DNA of 64,000 nucleotides from Bacteroidota bacterium. Lineage in GTDB: Bacteria; Bacteroidota; Bacteroidia; AKYH767-A; 2013-40CM-41-45. The stretch spans positions 5,480 through 69,479 of the forward strand of contig JAYVZS010000065.1 in the NCBI GenBank assembly GCA_043783155.1, given 5' to 3'. A model generated the notes under the pieces. That model saw nothing but the letters and a program-made list of their open reading frames with translations, did no database searches and was not told the origin of the DNA. This document shows, in pieces, positions 48,948-59,953 of the stretch (position 1 is its first letter; each line of letters starts with the position of its first letter). Both the position numbers and the translations under genes were made by a program.

Positions 48948-49573
48948 CAAAGGAAATTAAAGACGGGTACTACGTAAACCTCGGCATTGGAATCCCGACA
49001 CTCGTTGCGAATTATATTCCGGAGGGAATGGATGTGGTGCTTCAGTCAGAAAACGGGTTATTGGGAATGGGACCTTTTCCATTTGAAGGCGAAGAAGATC
49101 CCGATTTAATTAATGCAGGAAAGCAAACCATCACGACCGTTCCGGGAAGTGTATTTTTTGATTCCGCGATGAGTTTTGGAATGATCAGAGCCGGAAAAGT
49201 AAACCTGACCATTTTAGGAGCCATGGAAGTAAGTGAAAACGGCGATATTGCGAACTGGAAAATTCCAGGCAAAATGGTAAAAGGAATGGGGGGTGCAATG
49301 GATTTGGTCGCGTCAGCAAAAAATATTATTGTTGCCATGCAGCATGTAAACAAAGGCGGTGAATCGAAACTATTACCGACCTGCAGTTTGCCCCTTACCG
49401 GAATTCGTTGCGTGAAAAGAATTGTGACAGAACTTGCCGTAATAGATGTACTACCAGGCGGCGGATTCAAACTGATTGAACGGGCACCCGGAATTTCCGT
49501 CGATGAAATCAAAAAAGCAACAGCCGGAAAACTGTTGGTTGAAGGAGATATCCCGGAAATGAATATTCTTTGA
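48914..49573 (+). CDS. scoB: 3-oxoacid CoA-transferase subunit B
   Basis: VNLGIGIP, LQSENG (catalytic Glu), INAGK, ILGAMEV, GMGGAMDL. Confidence 0.95.
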   Translation: MLDKTGIAKRIAKEIKDGYYVNLGIGIPTLVANYIPEGMDVVLQSENGLLGMGPFPFEGEEDPDLINAGKQTITTVPGSVFFDSAMSFGMIRAGKVNLTILGAMEVSENGDIANWKIPGKMVKGMGGAMDLVASAKNIIVAMQHVNKGGESKLLPTCSLPLTGIRCVKRIVTELAVIDVLPGGGFKLIERAPGISVDEIKKATAGKLLVEGDIPEMNIL

Positions 49574-49602
49574 TCCTTTAATTCTAAAATAAAAATTTTA
49601 CA

Positions 49603-50319
49603 ATGATTAAGTTTGATAAGCTCTCTATCATCATTCCGTGTTACAACGAAGAACGGACTGTGCATTTAATTCTCGATAAGGTTTTGAAAGTAAAATTGCT
49701 CAATAACATTCAGAAGGAACTGATCATTGTAAATGATTGCTCAAAAGATAAAACCAGGGAAGCGATCGAAAACTATTTTCGAATTCACCCTGAAATTGAT
49801 CACAAACTTTTCAATCATGAAGTAAACAAAGGAAAGGGAGCGGCCATTCATACCGGTATAACAAAAGCGACCGGTGATTACCTCATCATCCAGGATGCCG
49901 ATCTCGAGTACGATCCGAATGAATACAACCTGTTGCTGCAACCGGTGCTCGACGGTTTTGCAGATGTTGTTTTCGGATCACGGTTTATGGGAGGAAATCC
50001 TCACCGCATATTATTCTTCTGGCATTCCATCGGTAACAAACTCCTCACCACATTATCAAACGCGTTAACGAATCTCAACCTCTCGGATATGGAAACGTGC
50101 TACAAACTTTTCAGAACCGACATCATTCAAAAAATAGATCTCAAAGAAAAAAGATTTGGTTTTGAACCGGAAGTAACGGCAAAAATTTCGAAAGTTCCAA
50201 ACGTGCGCCTGTACGAAGTTGGCATATCCTACTACGGCCGGACGTATGAAGAAGGAAAAAAAATTGGTTGGAAAGACGGGGTTCGGGCCATTTGGTGCAT
50301 ATTGAAATACAACCTGTGA
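49603..50319 (+). CDS. GT2 glycosyltransferase (polyprenyl-phosphate sugar synthase-like)
   Basis: [28 protein letters not shown] (DxD), [26 protein letters not shown]. Confidence 0.93.
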   Translation: MIKFDKLSIIIPCYNEERTVHLILDKVLKVKLLNNIQKELIIVNDCSKDKTREAIENYFRIHPEIDHKLFNHEVNKGKGAAIHTGITKATGDYLIIQDADLEYDPNEYNLLLQPVLDGFADVVFGSRFMGGNPHRILFFWHSIGNKLLTTLSNALTNLNLSDMETCYKLFRTDIIQKIDLKEKRFGFEPEVTAKISKVPNVRLYEVGISYYGRTYEEGKKIGWKDGVRAIWCILKYNL

Positions 50320-52850
50320 ATAATCGCACGATGGCTCCCGGTCACGAAATCACCTCACATACTCTTTTTAAGGGTGAGAAAAAATTTCTACTATTTATTC
50401 TGCCAATTGTCTACGGCATCTTAACCTTTCTTTTCTGGTACCAGTGCAAATCTTTTTTTGCAAGTTATCCCGACAGAATTTATGTATACCTGATTAGTGC
50501 ATTGGACATTGCAGGTGGTAGTTTTGATGTCGGCGAATTTCAGCATCCCGGAACGCCTGTTCACTGGATTGCAGGATTGACTCTTTTTATCACTCATCTT
50601 TTTGCAGGAAGAGGTCCTTTGGCTGAAGATGTTTTCGCTAACCCTGAATTTTATTTAAGAGTCTGCGCTGTTGTAATCACAACACTGTTTTTATTTATCG
50701 TCTATTTAAGCGGGCGATTGGTTTTAAATAATACCCGGAACATCCGGATGGCCGTTCTCTTCCAACTCGTACCGATAAGTTCATACCTGGCTTTACAATA
50801 CCTCATGATTATGCCTGAGGCATTGATATTAATATCTCTTACTTATTATTGTGCTTTCTTATGGGTGCTTTGCTATAACAGGAATAAATTTCCAGAACAT
50901 TCATTCGGCAACCGGAATTATATTTTCTTTTTTTCATTCATGAGTGCGTTGTTAATTACAACTAAAATAACGTGTCTGCCATTTTTAATCATCCCGCTAT
51001 TTTTTATCAGACCACATTCAAAAAAAATTCTGTACCTGTTCTCAACAGTAATTCTTGCGCTGCTCATCATTTATCCCATTTGGTCAAAGATTCCTGCCAT
51101 GTATCACTGGCTGTATGGAGTCGCATCACATTCAGGTCAATATGGAACCGGAAAAGTTGAAGTGGTGAATTCCGCTTCGTTTTTTCCTGACTTAGTCAGT
51201 TTATTCCGTTCCGAATTATTCTTTTCAATCGGCTATCTTCTTATTTCAGGAAGCGTTATAGCCGGTTTGTTAATGAAGAAGAAAGGAAACCCCTTTTTTA
51301 CACTGGCAGTTGCGCTCTGGCTGACAATCACGATTCAGATTTTTCTTACTGTAAAACACTACAGCTATCATTATATATTGCCCGCGCAATTATTAATTAT
51401 TCCCGGTATATTGGCTGCCTTCACATCGCTGATTACCATGAAGCCAAACAAGGTTGTCTGTTATTCCGCACTTGGAATTTGTCTTACGTGGCTTTTGTAT
51501 GAAAGTACCATCAGCGCTAATTTATATAAAGACGGCAATGCAGTATATGAATCAAGCCTTGTTGCAAAAAAATATGCGACGCTTCCTAAAATAATTACAA
51601 CTACGTTCGGCGAATCCTGTTTTGTTGAGTCTGCGCTTAATTACTCTTCTTATTACGCCGGTAAAGACTATACATCCTATTATTATTTTTTAAGAAAACT
51701 TTATCCGAATTCTTTTTTTTATGACATTCCGGTTGCCGGTACTATCAAATGGTGGGATATGCCTGTAACTCCGGCTGAATTATTTCAGAATAATCCTGAA
51801 GTACTTGTCTACTTTAAAGGACTGTTTGAGAATGATGAGCGAAGTACCATGAAGATCCTGACAAATGGAATTGATTCGGCAGTTACCGGTATTCACCTTC
51901 TCAATTACAATGCGGCTACCAGCGAACGGTTTTATATGATTGGTGTGGATACTTCTAAAATAAAAATACAATACGAAGAGAAGATCACCATCAAATATGA
52001 TTTCGAAAAAAAGACGTCCGATCTTTCTGCGTTCCTTTCAACTGACTCAAACTATAAAACAACAGATGTTCAATTCGGTTCAACAGAACAACATTTTTCG
52101 GGGACCCATTCACTCAAACTCCATTCGAATCAATATCCCTGTTGTACTACTTTTTCTGTTAGCCCGGGCGATGCCTTTGATATCTCCGTTAACTATTATT
52201 CGAATGACAGGCCGGTGGGTATAACTCTTTCTTCCGCTCAACCTGGTCTGTTTGACAGATCAAGCGAATCAATTGTTCAGGAATTCGACAACGGCTGGAA
52301 ACGTGTTAACCTGAAGACAACAATACCAGACGATTGTCCTGCAAAAGAACTAAGCTTCTGTCTTTATTATTTTGGTCACAAAACCTGCTTTGTGGATGAC
52401 TTGAATATTACTATTTTTAAAAAAAATAAAAGCAGGTTAGATCCCGATAAAAAAAAATCATACACACTATCAAAATTTATTTTAAAAACGTCTTCCGATC
52501 AATACATATCATATAGCCCGGAAAAATATCAGCTTTGGGGAAATCAACCACAAGGTTCCAGAGCAACAGTATTTGAACCCGTTATTTTAAGAAATGGCAA
52601 GTATGCTTTGAAAGCGTCAAATGGTATGTTTGTATGCGCAGACCGAAGCGACCATTCAAATCTTTTTGCAAACAGAAATAGCCCGGGAGAATGGGAATCC
52701 TTTGAAATTATTTTCCATGACAGCACACACATCAACCTAAAATCATCTGACGGTAAATTTGTCTGTGCCGATCAAAAACTGAATGGCGTACTCGTTGCGA
52801 ATCGAAATGAAGCACAGGATTGGGAAACATTTAGTTTAGTACGCAAATAA
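50316..52850 (+). CDS. GT-C-like membrane protein with a CBM-like domain and a C-terminal fascin-like beta-trefoil
   Basis: About 11 TM segments, QHPGTP, TKIT motifs; jelly-roll (FSGTHSLKL...WKRV...FVDDLNI); three LK..N/D.xxV.AD...L.ANR....WExF repeats at about 52467-52847. GTG start overlaps the GT2 stop (GTGA). Confidence 0.8.
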   Translation: MNNRTMAPGHEITSHTLFKGEKKFLLFILPIVYGILTFLFWYQCKSFFASYPDRIYVYLISALDIAGGSFDVGEFQHPGTPVHWIAGLTLFITHLFAGRGPLAEDVFANPEFYLRVCAVVITTLFLFIVYLSGRLVLNNTRNIRMAVLFQLVPISSYLALQYLMIMPEALILISLTYYCAFLWVLCYNRNKFPEHSFGNRNYIFFFSFMSALLITTKITCLPFLIIPLFFIRPHSKKILYLFSTVILALLIIYPIWSKIPAMYHWLYGVASHSGQYGTGKVEVVNSASFFPDLVSLFRSELFFSIGYLLISGSVIAGLLMKKKGNPFFTLAVALWLTITIQIFLTVKHYSYHYILPAQLLIIPGILAAFTSLITMKPNKVVCYSALGICLTWLLYESTISANLYKDGNAVYESSLVAKKYATLPKIITTTFGESCFVESALNYSSYYAGKDYTSYYYFLRKLYPNSFFYDIPVAGTIKWWDMPVTPAELFQNNPEVLVYFKGLFENDERSTMKILTNGIDSAVTGIHLLNYNAATSERFYMIGVDTSKIKIQYEEKITIKYDFEKKTSDLSAFLSTDSNYKTTDVQFGSTEQHFSGTHSLKLHSNQYPCCTTFSVSPGDAFDISVNYYSNDRPVGITLSSAQPGLFDRSSESIVQEFDNGWKRVNLKTTIPDDCPAKELSFCLYYFGHKTCFVDDLNITIFKKNKSRLDPDKKKSYTLSKFILKTSSDQYISYSPEKYQLWGNQPQGSRATVFEPVILRNGKYALKASNGMFVCADRSDHSNLFANRNSPGEWESFEIIFHDSTHINLKSSDGKFVCADQKLNGVLVANRNEAQDWETFSLVRK

Positions 52851-52858
52851 TAATCCGG

Positions 52859-54331
52859 ATGAAAAAATATATTTTCTTTTTTCTTTTTCTTTCTCTTGGG
52901 GGAATTATTTACCTGGCATTTCCCATTCATTCAAAAGTCGGGTTTGTTTCAATGCGTGACAATAAATTTTTTTTGAATGGAGAAGAATTTTACCCGGTTG
53001 CAGTCAACTACTTTGTTTCGGCGCAGGGAGATGAAAATAACTATTGGGCGAGTCCGTGCTTCGATTACAACACCGATCCAAAATATCAATACACATCGAA
53101 AGATTCCAGCTTGAAACAATTACGGGCAGACATGAACCTGATTAAAGAAATGGGATTTAATTCCGTGAGACTTGTCGGGATGAGCGAAGTACAGGTAGAC
53201 GAACAAAACGGAAAACTTGCAATCACTGTCAAAGACCGAAACCATGAAACTTCGATCGCACTTTCCAGCGATGCAAGCTTCAAAAAATATTTAAGCGCTC
53301 TTGCAGAGTTAGTTGACATCGCTGACAAAGCGGGATTAAAAGTCATCCTATTAACAAAAGTGCGTCCCGGGTTTATCTCTTCTGAAGATCTTTTGAGAAG
53401 ACTTGCGATTCAATTCCGGAATGATACAACAATCATGGCCTTTGATTTATTTAATGAACCGTTGTATTTTGATTTAACAGGTAGAAGCAAGAAAGAAGTA
53501 TATGATGCCGTTAGAGATTGGAGAAAAATTCTCCGGATGTATGCGCCCAATCAATTAACCACGATCGGGCTCGAAGGAATCAGGGAAGTGTTTAAGTGGG
53601 ATCCGAATATATTAGATGTTGATTTTGTTTCCATGCATCCTTACGAATACGAACCGGAACAGGTCAGGAATGAAATATACTGGTATAGCAGGCATATAAA
53701 AAAGCCCTGGATATTGGGCGAAACAGCGGTGCCTGCTGACGGAGATTCCGTTGACTATAATGTTCAGAAAAAATTTGCCGTTAAAACTTTAAAGCAAACC
53801 TATAATTGCGGAGGCGCCGGTTATTCATGGTGGCAATACAAAGATGTAAACTGGCTTTCCTTTCATGCGAATTTTATGGGAGTACTTAATTTGAAAGGCG
53901 AAACCAAAGCAGCAAATGACAGTTTTGTCATTCATGGAACACGCAAGGCGGTGTCGGAAGCATTTAAAGAATTTGATTCATCCGCAAAAAAAGACAGTTG
54001 TATTTGTTTATCCAACTACAACGATTATTCTCAATTGCGCGACTGCAGGATAACAGGAAGATTAGTTGATGAAAAAAATAATCCGGTTGACGGAGGCGTT
54101 GTTCTTGCGTGGAATCAATGGTGGTCGCATTCTTATCATGCCATCAGCAAGGCGGACGGTAGTTTTGCCGTAACCGGAAATTTTCCTTTTTATCACTGGA
54201 TGGCATCGGCAACAGAATATTCTATGGTGCGTGGCGATGTATTGCCCGACACCTCAAAAGTTTCCAATGATAAAATTCCAACGTTGAACCTGGGAGATTT
54301 AAAAATAAGTAAATTATCTTTTATCAAGTAA
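52859..54331 (+). CDS. Clan GH-A glycoside hydrolase (GH5/GH2-like), membrane-anchored
   Basis: MGFNSVR, FDLFNEP (acid/base), MHPY, ILGET (nucleophile), WWQY. Confidence 0.82.
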   Translation: MKKYIFFFLFLSLGGIIYLAFPIHSKVGFVSMRDNKFFLNGEEFYPVAVNYFVSAQGDENNYWASPCFDYNTDPKYQYTSKDSSLKQLRADMNLIKEMGFNSVRLVGMSEVQVDEQNGKLAITVKDRNHETSIALSSDASFKKYLSALAELVDIADKAGLKVILLTKVRPGFISSEDLLRRLAIQFRNDTTIMAFDLFNEPLYFDLTGRSKKEVYDAVRDWRKILRMYAPNQLTTIGLEGIREVFKWDPNILDVDFVSMHPYEYEPEQVRNEIYWYSRHIKKPWILGETAVPADGDSVDYNVQKKFAVKTLKQTYNCGGAGYSWWQYKDVNWLSFHANFMGVLNLKGETKAANDSFVIHGTRKAVSEAFKEFDSSAKKDSCICLSNYNDYSQLRDCRITGRLVDEKNNPVDGGVVLAWNQWWSHSYHAISKADGSFAVTGNFPFYHWMASATEYSMVRGDVLPDTSKVSNDKIPTLNLGDLKISKLSFIK

Positions 54332-54609
54332 AGCCCACTCGTTTTAATTGGTTGCTTCTAACTACGGTAATATATGGATTAAATGATTTCCGAAAAAAAA
54401 TGAAACCCTTAAGATATCATGGTCATACTAATAAGGCAGCTTTGATTATACAATCAATATTTACGCGAAACATTTATGGGGTTTGCAGCTTGAAAAACCC
54501 TTGTTCAATTTTAATGATGGATCTTTCCCATCCCCTTATCGAATCATACTCTCAACTATTTACAATCGGTTAAATTATTTGTTAGTGCTTAGTATAAGAA
54601 AACACACTT

Positions 54610-56520
54610 ATGTATTTGTCTGAACAAAAAAAAGGTATCATTACCTACTCTGGCATATTTTTTATCATTTGCTTTTCATTTAGATATTACGCCCCTTGCA
54701 ATTTTGGCTTGTTCAACTCAGATGAGGCTATCCATGTCTTAATGTCAAAATCCTTTCTGCTACCCAGGGATTTTTATTACTGGGGACAAAACCGGCTTGG
54801 AAGTTTATTGCCAATGACGGCTTACGGCTTACGAAAAATATTTCCCATACACTATTTATATATATGTTCTATTGTTCAGTTCTTGTTTCTATTTACGGGC
54901 TTTTATATTTTATCAAGGGAGATTAAGAGTTCTATTTTAAAAGTGTGCCTCTGTTTACTGATCTTCTTACCGGTAAATGAATACAATGCTTTGATCCTAG
55001 TTGGTCACCCTTATTCGTCACAGCTCTTTGCTGGATCACTCTTTATCTATTTTCTCTCTTTGTTAAGAAAATACTTGCTGCGAAATGAAATATTCGGCTT
55101 TTATCAGTTTTTCACTTCTTTATTTATATGTGTTGGTGCGATCATTTTTTTTACAATTGGTATTTGGGTTTCGGAATTTAATGCAGTACTGATTTTAGTA
55201 CCCATTTTCTATATCCTATTCGAAAAGAATTTAAGGTTAAAAATTTTAGTCCAGTCCCGAATACCCTTATTTGTAGTTCTCGAAATTTCATGGATCATTA
55301 TTATTCTTTTAGGTTATTTTTCCTACAGGCAAATTAAACTGTCTGCGATTCAAATTCCAGATTCTGTTCTTTATAATAAATTTTTTGTGGAAAATTTAAA
55401 TGATGTCAAAACAATTTTTGATCAATTTCTGATCAATTTGAAAACCACTTTGTTTTTTAAAGATATATATACATTAGATAGTCTTTTTAATTGGTTCCTT
55501 GTACTGTTAACCATCATTATTGTTTTAATCCGGGTCATTAAGAAAACAAAACGAAGAAATGGTAATGCTACACTGATTAATAGTTTATTACTGGTCGTTG
55601 TTGCATCTTCTCTTGCATTATTTTCTTCTTCCTGGTTATTGAGGGTAGGTTTTAGTTCAAAATATTTTACCCCTGTTTATATTGTATATTGCTTTACCCT
55701 TTTGCTGCTTTTTGATCAATTTCAATATAAAAAATTGCAATTTATAAGCTTGCTTGGCTTTCTTTTTTTTACTGTATTATATTGTTATAACCTTGTCATA
55801 AAATACACGTTAGAGGGTCCATTTAAATTGTACGGAGAGTTTAGAAATTTACCTAAAGGAACTTTAATTGGTGATTACTGGGATGTATATAAAATTAATT
55901 CAGTAGCAATTGACAGTTTAAAATCTCTGCCTTTCGATTACTCAACTGTAAGAACCTGGGATTGGAGAAATGAATCTTTGGCCGAAGACAATTTCTATTT
56001 TTTGGACACTCACAAAATTATTCAAGATACCCTCAGAGAAAATATTTTACAATTTGGGGTATTATTTAACTACGCCGGCAAAAAATACAATTACAATAAT
56101 ATTGATGTATTGCTTTATCACAAATCCAGTTCACAACCTTTGTCCAAATTTATCTTGAAAGCATCCAACAATCAATATGTAACAATTAGTTCCGATAATC
56201 ATTCACTAATTGCAAATGCCTCGGATCCTTCGAAGGCGGAAGTATTTGAGTTGATTGCAGCAAGAAACGGTAATGCAATAAAAACTGCTGAAGGAAAATT
56301 CGTTTGTGCTGATTTCAGCAATCGGACAAATCTTATAGCGGAAAGTAACCGTATTTCGGATTGGGAATATTTTAAAATCATCTTCGTCGGACAATCTGAA
56401 ATTAACCTCGTGTCATCATCCGGTATGTTTGTTTGTGCTGACCGTATTTTAGGTGACAGTATTTTTGCAAATCGGAAGGAAGCCAGAGAATGGGAAACAT
56501 TTAAGTTAGAGCCAAAATAA
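54610..56520 (+). CDS. GT-C-like membrane protein with a C-terminal fascin-like beta-trefoil
   Basis: FNSDEAIHVLM acidic loop, YYWGQNRLGS, many TM segments; trefoil repeats at about 56140-56517. Confidence 0.8.
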   Translation: MYLSEQKKGIITYSGIFFIICFSFRYYAPCNFGLFNSDEAIHVLMSKSFLLPRDFYYWGQNRLGSLLPMTAYGLRKIFPIHYLYICSIVQFLFLFTGFYILSREIKSSILKVCLCLLIFLPVNEYNALILVGHPYSSQLFAGSLFIYFLSLLRKYLLRNEIFGFYQFFTSLFICVGAIIFFTIGIWVSEFNAVLILVPIFYILFEKNLRLKILVQSRIPLFVVLEISWIIIILLGYFSYRQIKLSAIQIPDSVLYNKFFVENLNDVKTIFDQFLINLKTTLFFKDIYTLDSLFNWFLVLLTIIIVLIRVIKKTKRRNGNATLINSLLLVVVASSLALFSSSWLLRVGFSSKYFTPVYIVYCFTLLLLFDQFQYKKLQFISLLGFLFFTVLYCYNLVIKYTLEGPFKLYGEFRNLPKGTLIGDYWDVYKINSVAIDSLKSLPFDYSTVRTWDWRNESLAEDNFYFLDTHKIIQDTLRENILQFGVLFNYAGKKYNYNNIDVLLYHKSSSQPLSKFILKASNNQYVTISSDNHSLIANASDPSKAEVFELIAARNGNAIKTAEGKFVCADFSNRTNLIAESNRISDWEYFKIIFVGQSEINLVSSSGMFVCADRILGDSIFANRKEAREWETFKLEPK

Positions 56521-56768
56521 ATTTACAACCCAAATAATTACATGGTTTTTTTTCGTCTTACGAGACAATTCCCATTAACACTAATAGATTCTATAATTTC
56601 AGTTTCTGTAAAGAGAACTTTGCTGAAATCCTCAGGGGGCTGGTAGTAATAATCATCCTCTGTTTTAAAACCTGATCGGTAAACTTCTTTTAGCCAATCC
56701 AACTTAAAACCAACAAACCTGTCAAAAAATAAAAGGGTAGTCGATTCGACTTTTGCATAACAGTTTTT
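56521..56768 (-). pseudogene. Start-less gene remnant resembling the C-terminus of a GT-C-like membrane protein
   Basis: Open minus-strand frame (KNCYAKVESTTLLFFDRFVGFKLDWLKEVYRSGFKTEDDYYY...) bounded upstream by TAG with no start codon; resembles the 47439 ORF tail (EASINYYREYKELTWLKPV...DYFY). Confidence 0.35.
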
Positions 56769-56821
56769 CTATTTCTGCGCCTTACAATAAAATGGAATTT
56801 CAACTTTTAAAGAACCAAAGA

Positions 56822-58480
56822 TTATTTCCATATTAGTTTGAATTTTTCCTTTCTTCCGATGGATTCACCATCGGCAAAAAGCTGGGATGTCCTTTCATCA
56901 ACACTCAGGAATTTTCCGTTTGTCGCCATAAAAGCAACCGTATCATTTCCAAGTTCGATTAAAGTAAATTTCTCCCAATCATACATGGCTTCTCTTGTTG
57001 CCGTAATTTCATTTTTTTTCGCCAACTCTGCAGTCAAAAATTTATTGGTGAAAGCCGTGATTGCACATTTATTGTTTTCAAGTTTCCACATTGAAAATAA
57101 TTCCCATGGAAAAGCATGATCCTGGTTCGCTACAATCGGATCATTATGCGAATTATCATCGGATACATATCGGCCATTGCAGGCTTTTAAATAAAATCCT
57201 TTCCTGCCCTCATAAATCTCCAACGCTTTTTCTCTGACGAGACTATCGAATTCAAACGAACCCGGTTTGAAGTTATGGGTGTAACTCGAAATCCACATGC
57301 TATCCGTTTTCAAATCCTCAACCAGGTTATTTAGTATTTTGTTACTCACAACGTTTTCTAAATAGTACTCTGTAATTCCGAATGGAAAGCAATTGGTATT
57401 CCCGAGCGAGCCGATCAGTACAACATAATCCGCGCTTTCAATTTCTTTCGGCAAATCCAGCGTTTTCAATGGAATGCCCTGATCATCGTTGAGCGCATAG
57501 GAAGTGGTAGCGAAATAATACCAGTATTTTGATTCATCCGAAAATATATACCGTAGTTTTTTCTGCTCCTTTATCTGCCAGAAAAAACTATCTCCGATAA
57601 TTAATACCCTCGGACGATAATTCCCAAGAGTAGTCTTGTCCATTTCCAATTTACGGTACGCGTAACGCGGCTGATTCAGACTGAAAAATAAATTCAAGGG
57701 CCCTTCAAAGTCAGCGTCAGGCTCCCTTGGTTTATCCGACCACTCAACGCCAGTGTATTTATAGGAAGGCATTGGCTTTGAAACGGTATGTTGTATATAC
57801 TTCACAAGAGTATCCTGCGCGACCGAAGCGGCATACATCGACCAGTGAAAACCGGTTTTTGTGAATAGAGGATACGCGCCTGTATCGCGCAGCGTTTTGA
57901 AGTATGATACAAGATCTATAAAAGGAATATGGTATTTTTGGTAATCCTGAACATCGTCTTCGTAATCCGTTTCCTCCTTGTTAATACTTCTAAAGGATGG
58001 TGGCAAAAAATCGGGCAATACACTTTCTTTGGATGGGACAATGAGCACAAGAAGATGAGCGCCATGTCTTTCTATTCCGTCCTTCATCAGTTTAATTTTT
58101 CTGACGATCGAATCATTCCCGTTTTTCCCGTTATACAATTGTCCCCTTGTTCGATAAACAGAATACACACTGAAAATAAAACCATCTTTTCCGGCAACGT
58201 TGTCATTAACGCTTAATTCCCTGAAGAATATATACTCCAGGCTATTCTTAACTTTTACAAAAAATGCGCGGAAGCCAAAATTACTGTTTTCGTAATCCTC
58301 CGTCTTCTTCTGAAATGAAAGTGATGCTATATCCGTGATAGAAATTGTTGGTTTCTCAGGTTTAACGAATGCTCCTTTCAATTCCGGTTCTTTAAATATC
58401 TGTGTTGCTTGCTGGATTAACGGCACCCATAACAAAGCAAGGAGAAAAACAAAGATCACTGTTTTTATTTTCCTGTCCAT
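56822..58480 (-). CDS. AlgJ/AlgX-like SGNH O-acyltransferase with a C-terminal fascin-like beta-trefoil
   Basis: N-terminal anchor, GKDGFIF, VPSKE, FTKTGFHWS, IIGDSF; trefoil repeats at about 56825-57205. Confidence 0.85.
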   Translation of the reverse strand: MDRKIKTVIFVFLLALLWVPLIQQATQIFKEPELKGAFVKPEKPTISITDIASLSFQKKTEDYENSNFGFRAFFVKVKNSLEYIFFRELSVNDNVAGKDGFIFSVYSVYRTRGQLYNGKNGNDSIVRKIKLMKDGIERHGAHLLVLIVPSKESVLPDFLPPSFRSINKEETDYEDDVQDYQKYHIPFIDLVSYFKTLRDTGAYPLFTKTGFHWSMYAASVAQDTLVKYIQHTVSKPMPSYKYTGVEWSDKPREPDADFEGPLNLFFSLNQPRYAYRKLEMDKTTLGNYRPRVLIIGDSFFWQIKEQKKLRYIFSDESKYWYYFATTSYALNDDQGIPLKTLDLPKEIESADYVVLIGSLGNTNCFPFGITEYYLENVVSNKILNNLVEDLKTDSMWISSYTHNFKPGSFEFDSLVREKALEIYEGRKGFYLKACNGRYVSDDNSHNDPIVANQDHAFPWELFSMWKLENNKCAITAFTNKFLTAELAKKNEITATREAMYDWEKFTLIELGNDTVAFMATNGKFLSVDERTSQLFADGESIGRKEKFKLIWK

Positions 58481-59895
58481 TAGAATTTAAAATAGATAAA
58501 CGGATTAAATCCCATGGAAGTAATTTCACCGATACACAAAGTCATGAAAACGATTACAACCAGCGCATTTAAGGAAGCCCGCCTGACACTCAAGGGCCCC
58601 GCCGGTATCAATTGTGGTATTTTTAATTTTGCATACAGCAACGGAATAAAAGACAGTAGGATCGCTATCACCAATACGAACGTTACATGAGCAGTGAGGA
58701 AATATTCATGTGTTGAAAAAGAAAACATTTTCTTTAAGAACATAAACGCCTGCTGCATATTATCTGAACGAAACGGAATCCATCCGATCACAACGATAAA
58801 AAAAGTAATCAGCATTCTTGGAATCGAGCCCATGCGTTCGGTGAGTTTTAATAAAAACACTCTGTCCAACACCAGAAAAAGTCCGTGGTACGCTCCCCAG
58901 ATAATAAAGGTCCATTGCGCGCCATGCCAGAATCCGGAAATCAAAAACACCACGCATAAATTAAAATACATTTTTGGAACAGATACTTTATTTCCGCCTA
59001 AAGAAATGTATAGGTAGTCGCGCATCCACCTGCTTAAAGACATGTGCCATCTTTTCCAGAAATCAGTAATGCTTTGAGCGATGTACGGATGATTGAAGTT
59101 TTCCGGAAAAGAAAATCCCATCATCTTACCGAGCCCGATGGCCATATCGGAATAGCCTGAGAAGTCAAAGAAAATCTGGAATGTATAACAGATCGCACCG
59201 ATCCAGGCTGAAGATGCTGAAAGTTCGGCATACTCCAAGTGAAATATTTTATCTGCTTCTGCTCCAAGGACATTTGCAATCAATACTTTTTTAGCAAGCC
59301 CGATACTGAAGCGAAATAAACCTGGCAGGAAATTGTCGACGTTGTCAAGAAAGTTTCTTCCCTTAATCTGGTCTGCAATTTCATTGAAGCGAATAATTGG
59401 TCCGGCAATCAACTGGGGGAAAAGAAAAATATAAAGCGCATAATCAATGATGTTTTTCATTGGTGGCTTCACTCTCCTATAAACATCAATGAGATAACTC
59501 ATTTCATGAAAAACAAAAAAGGAAATACCGATGGGAAGTGCAACACGGGTAAAAGAAATTTCATTTTTTCCGACAGCATGCATCAGTACGTTCAGGTTGT
59601 CAACAAAAAAATTGAAGTATTTAAAATAGACCAGGACGGATACATTAAAAATTATTCCGATCGTAAGAATATATTTCCTTTTATTTCCCTCACTTTTATG
59701 GATAAAACGCGCGAGGAAAAAATCCGCGATAACAGCCGAAGATAAAATAAAAACAAATTGCGGAGCTCCCCATGCATAGAACAATACACTTGCAAGAACT
59801 ATAAAGTAATTTTTAAAACCGGCAGGCAATAAATAATAGATGGTAAAAAAGGCCGGCAAAAAATACAATAAAAAAAAGGTGCTGCTAAAAAGCAT
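58480..59895 (-). CDS. MBOAT family O-acyltransferase (AlgI/DltB-like)
   Basis: MLFSS..FL..FLP, LPIGISFF, FPQLIAGPIIR, QIFFDFSGYSDMAIG, ENFNHPY, FWKRWHMSLS, SGFWHGA. Confidence 0.95.
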   Translation of the reverse strand: MLFSSTFFLLYFLPAFFTIYYLLPAGFKNYFIVLASVLFYAWGAPQFVFILSSAVIADFFLARFIHKSEGNKRKYILTIGIIFNVSVLVYFKYFNFFVDNLNVLMHAVGKNEISFTRVALPIGISFFVFHEMSYLIDVYRRVKPPMKNIIDYALYIFLFPQLIAGPIIRFNEIADQIKGRNFLDNVDNFLPGLFRFSIGLAKKVLIANVLGAEADKIFHLEYAELSASSAWIGAICYTFQIFFDFSGYSDMAIGLGKMMGFSFPENFNHPYIAQSITDFWKRWHMSLSRWMRDYLYISLGGNKVSVPKMYFNLCVVFLISGFWHGAQWTFIIWGAYHGLFLVLDRVFLLKLTERMGSIPRMLITFFIVVIGWIPFRSDNMQQAFMFLKKMFSFSTHEYFLTAHVTFVLVIAILLSFIPLLYAKLKIPQLIPAGPLSVRRASLNALVVIVFMTLCIGEITSMGFNPFIYFKF

Positions 59896-59953
59896 GGTTG
59901 TCTGTCAGGTTATGATTCAAAGATGAAATTTTTATTCAGATTCATCCTCCTGT

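Noticed and set aside
49042-49665. 207-aa antisense ORF over scoB (similarly 46996..47838 and 20220..20759)
   Set aside because: Antisense to well-supported conserved genes, with no motifs of their own.
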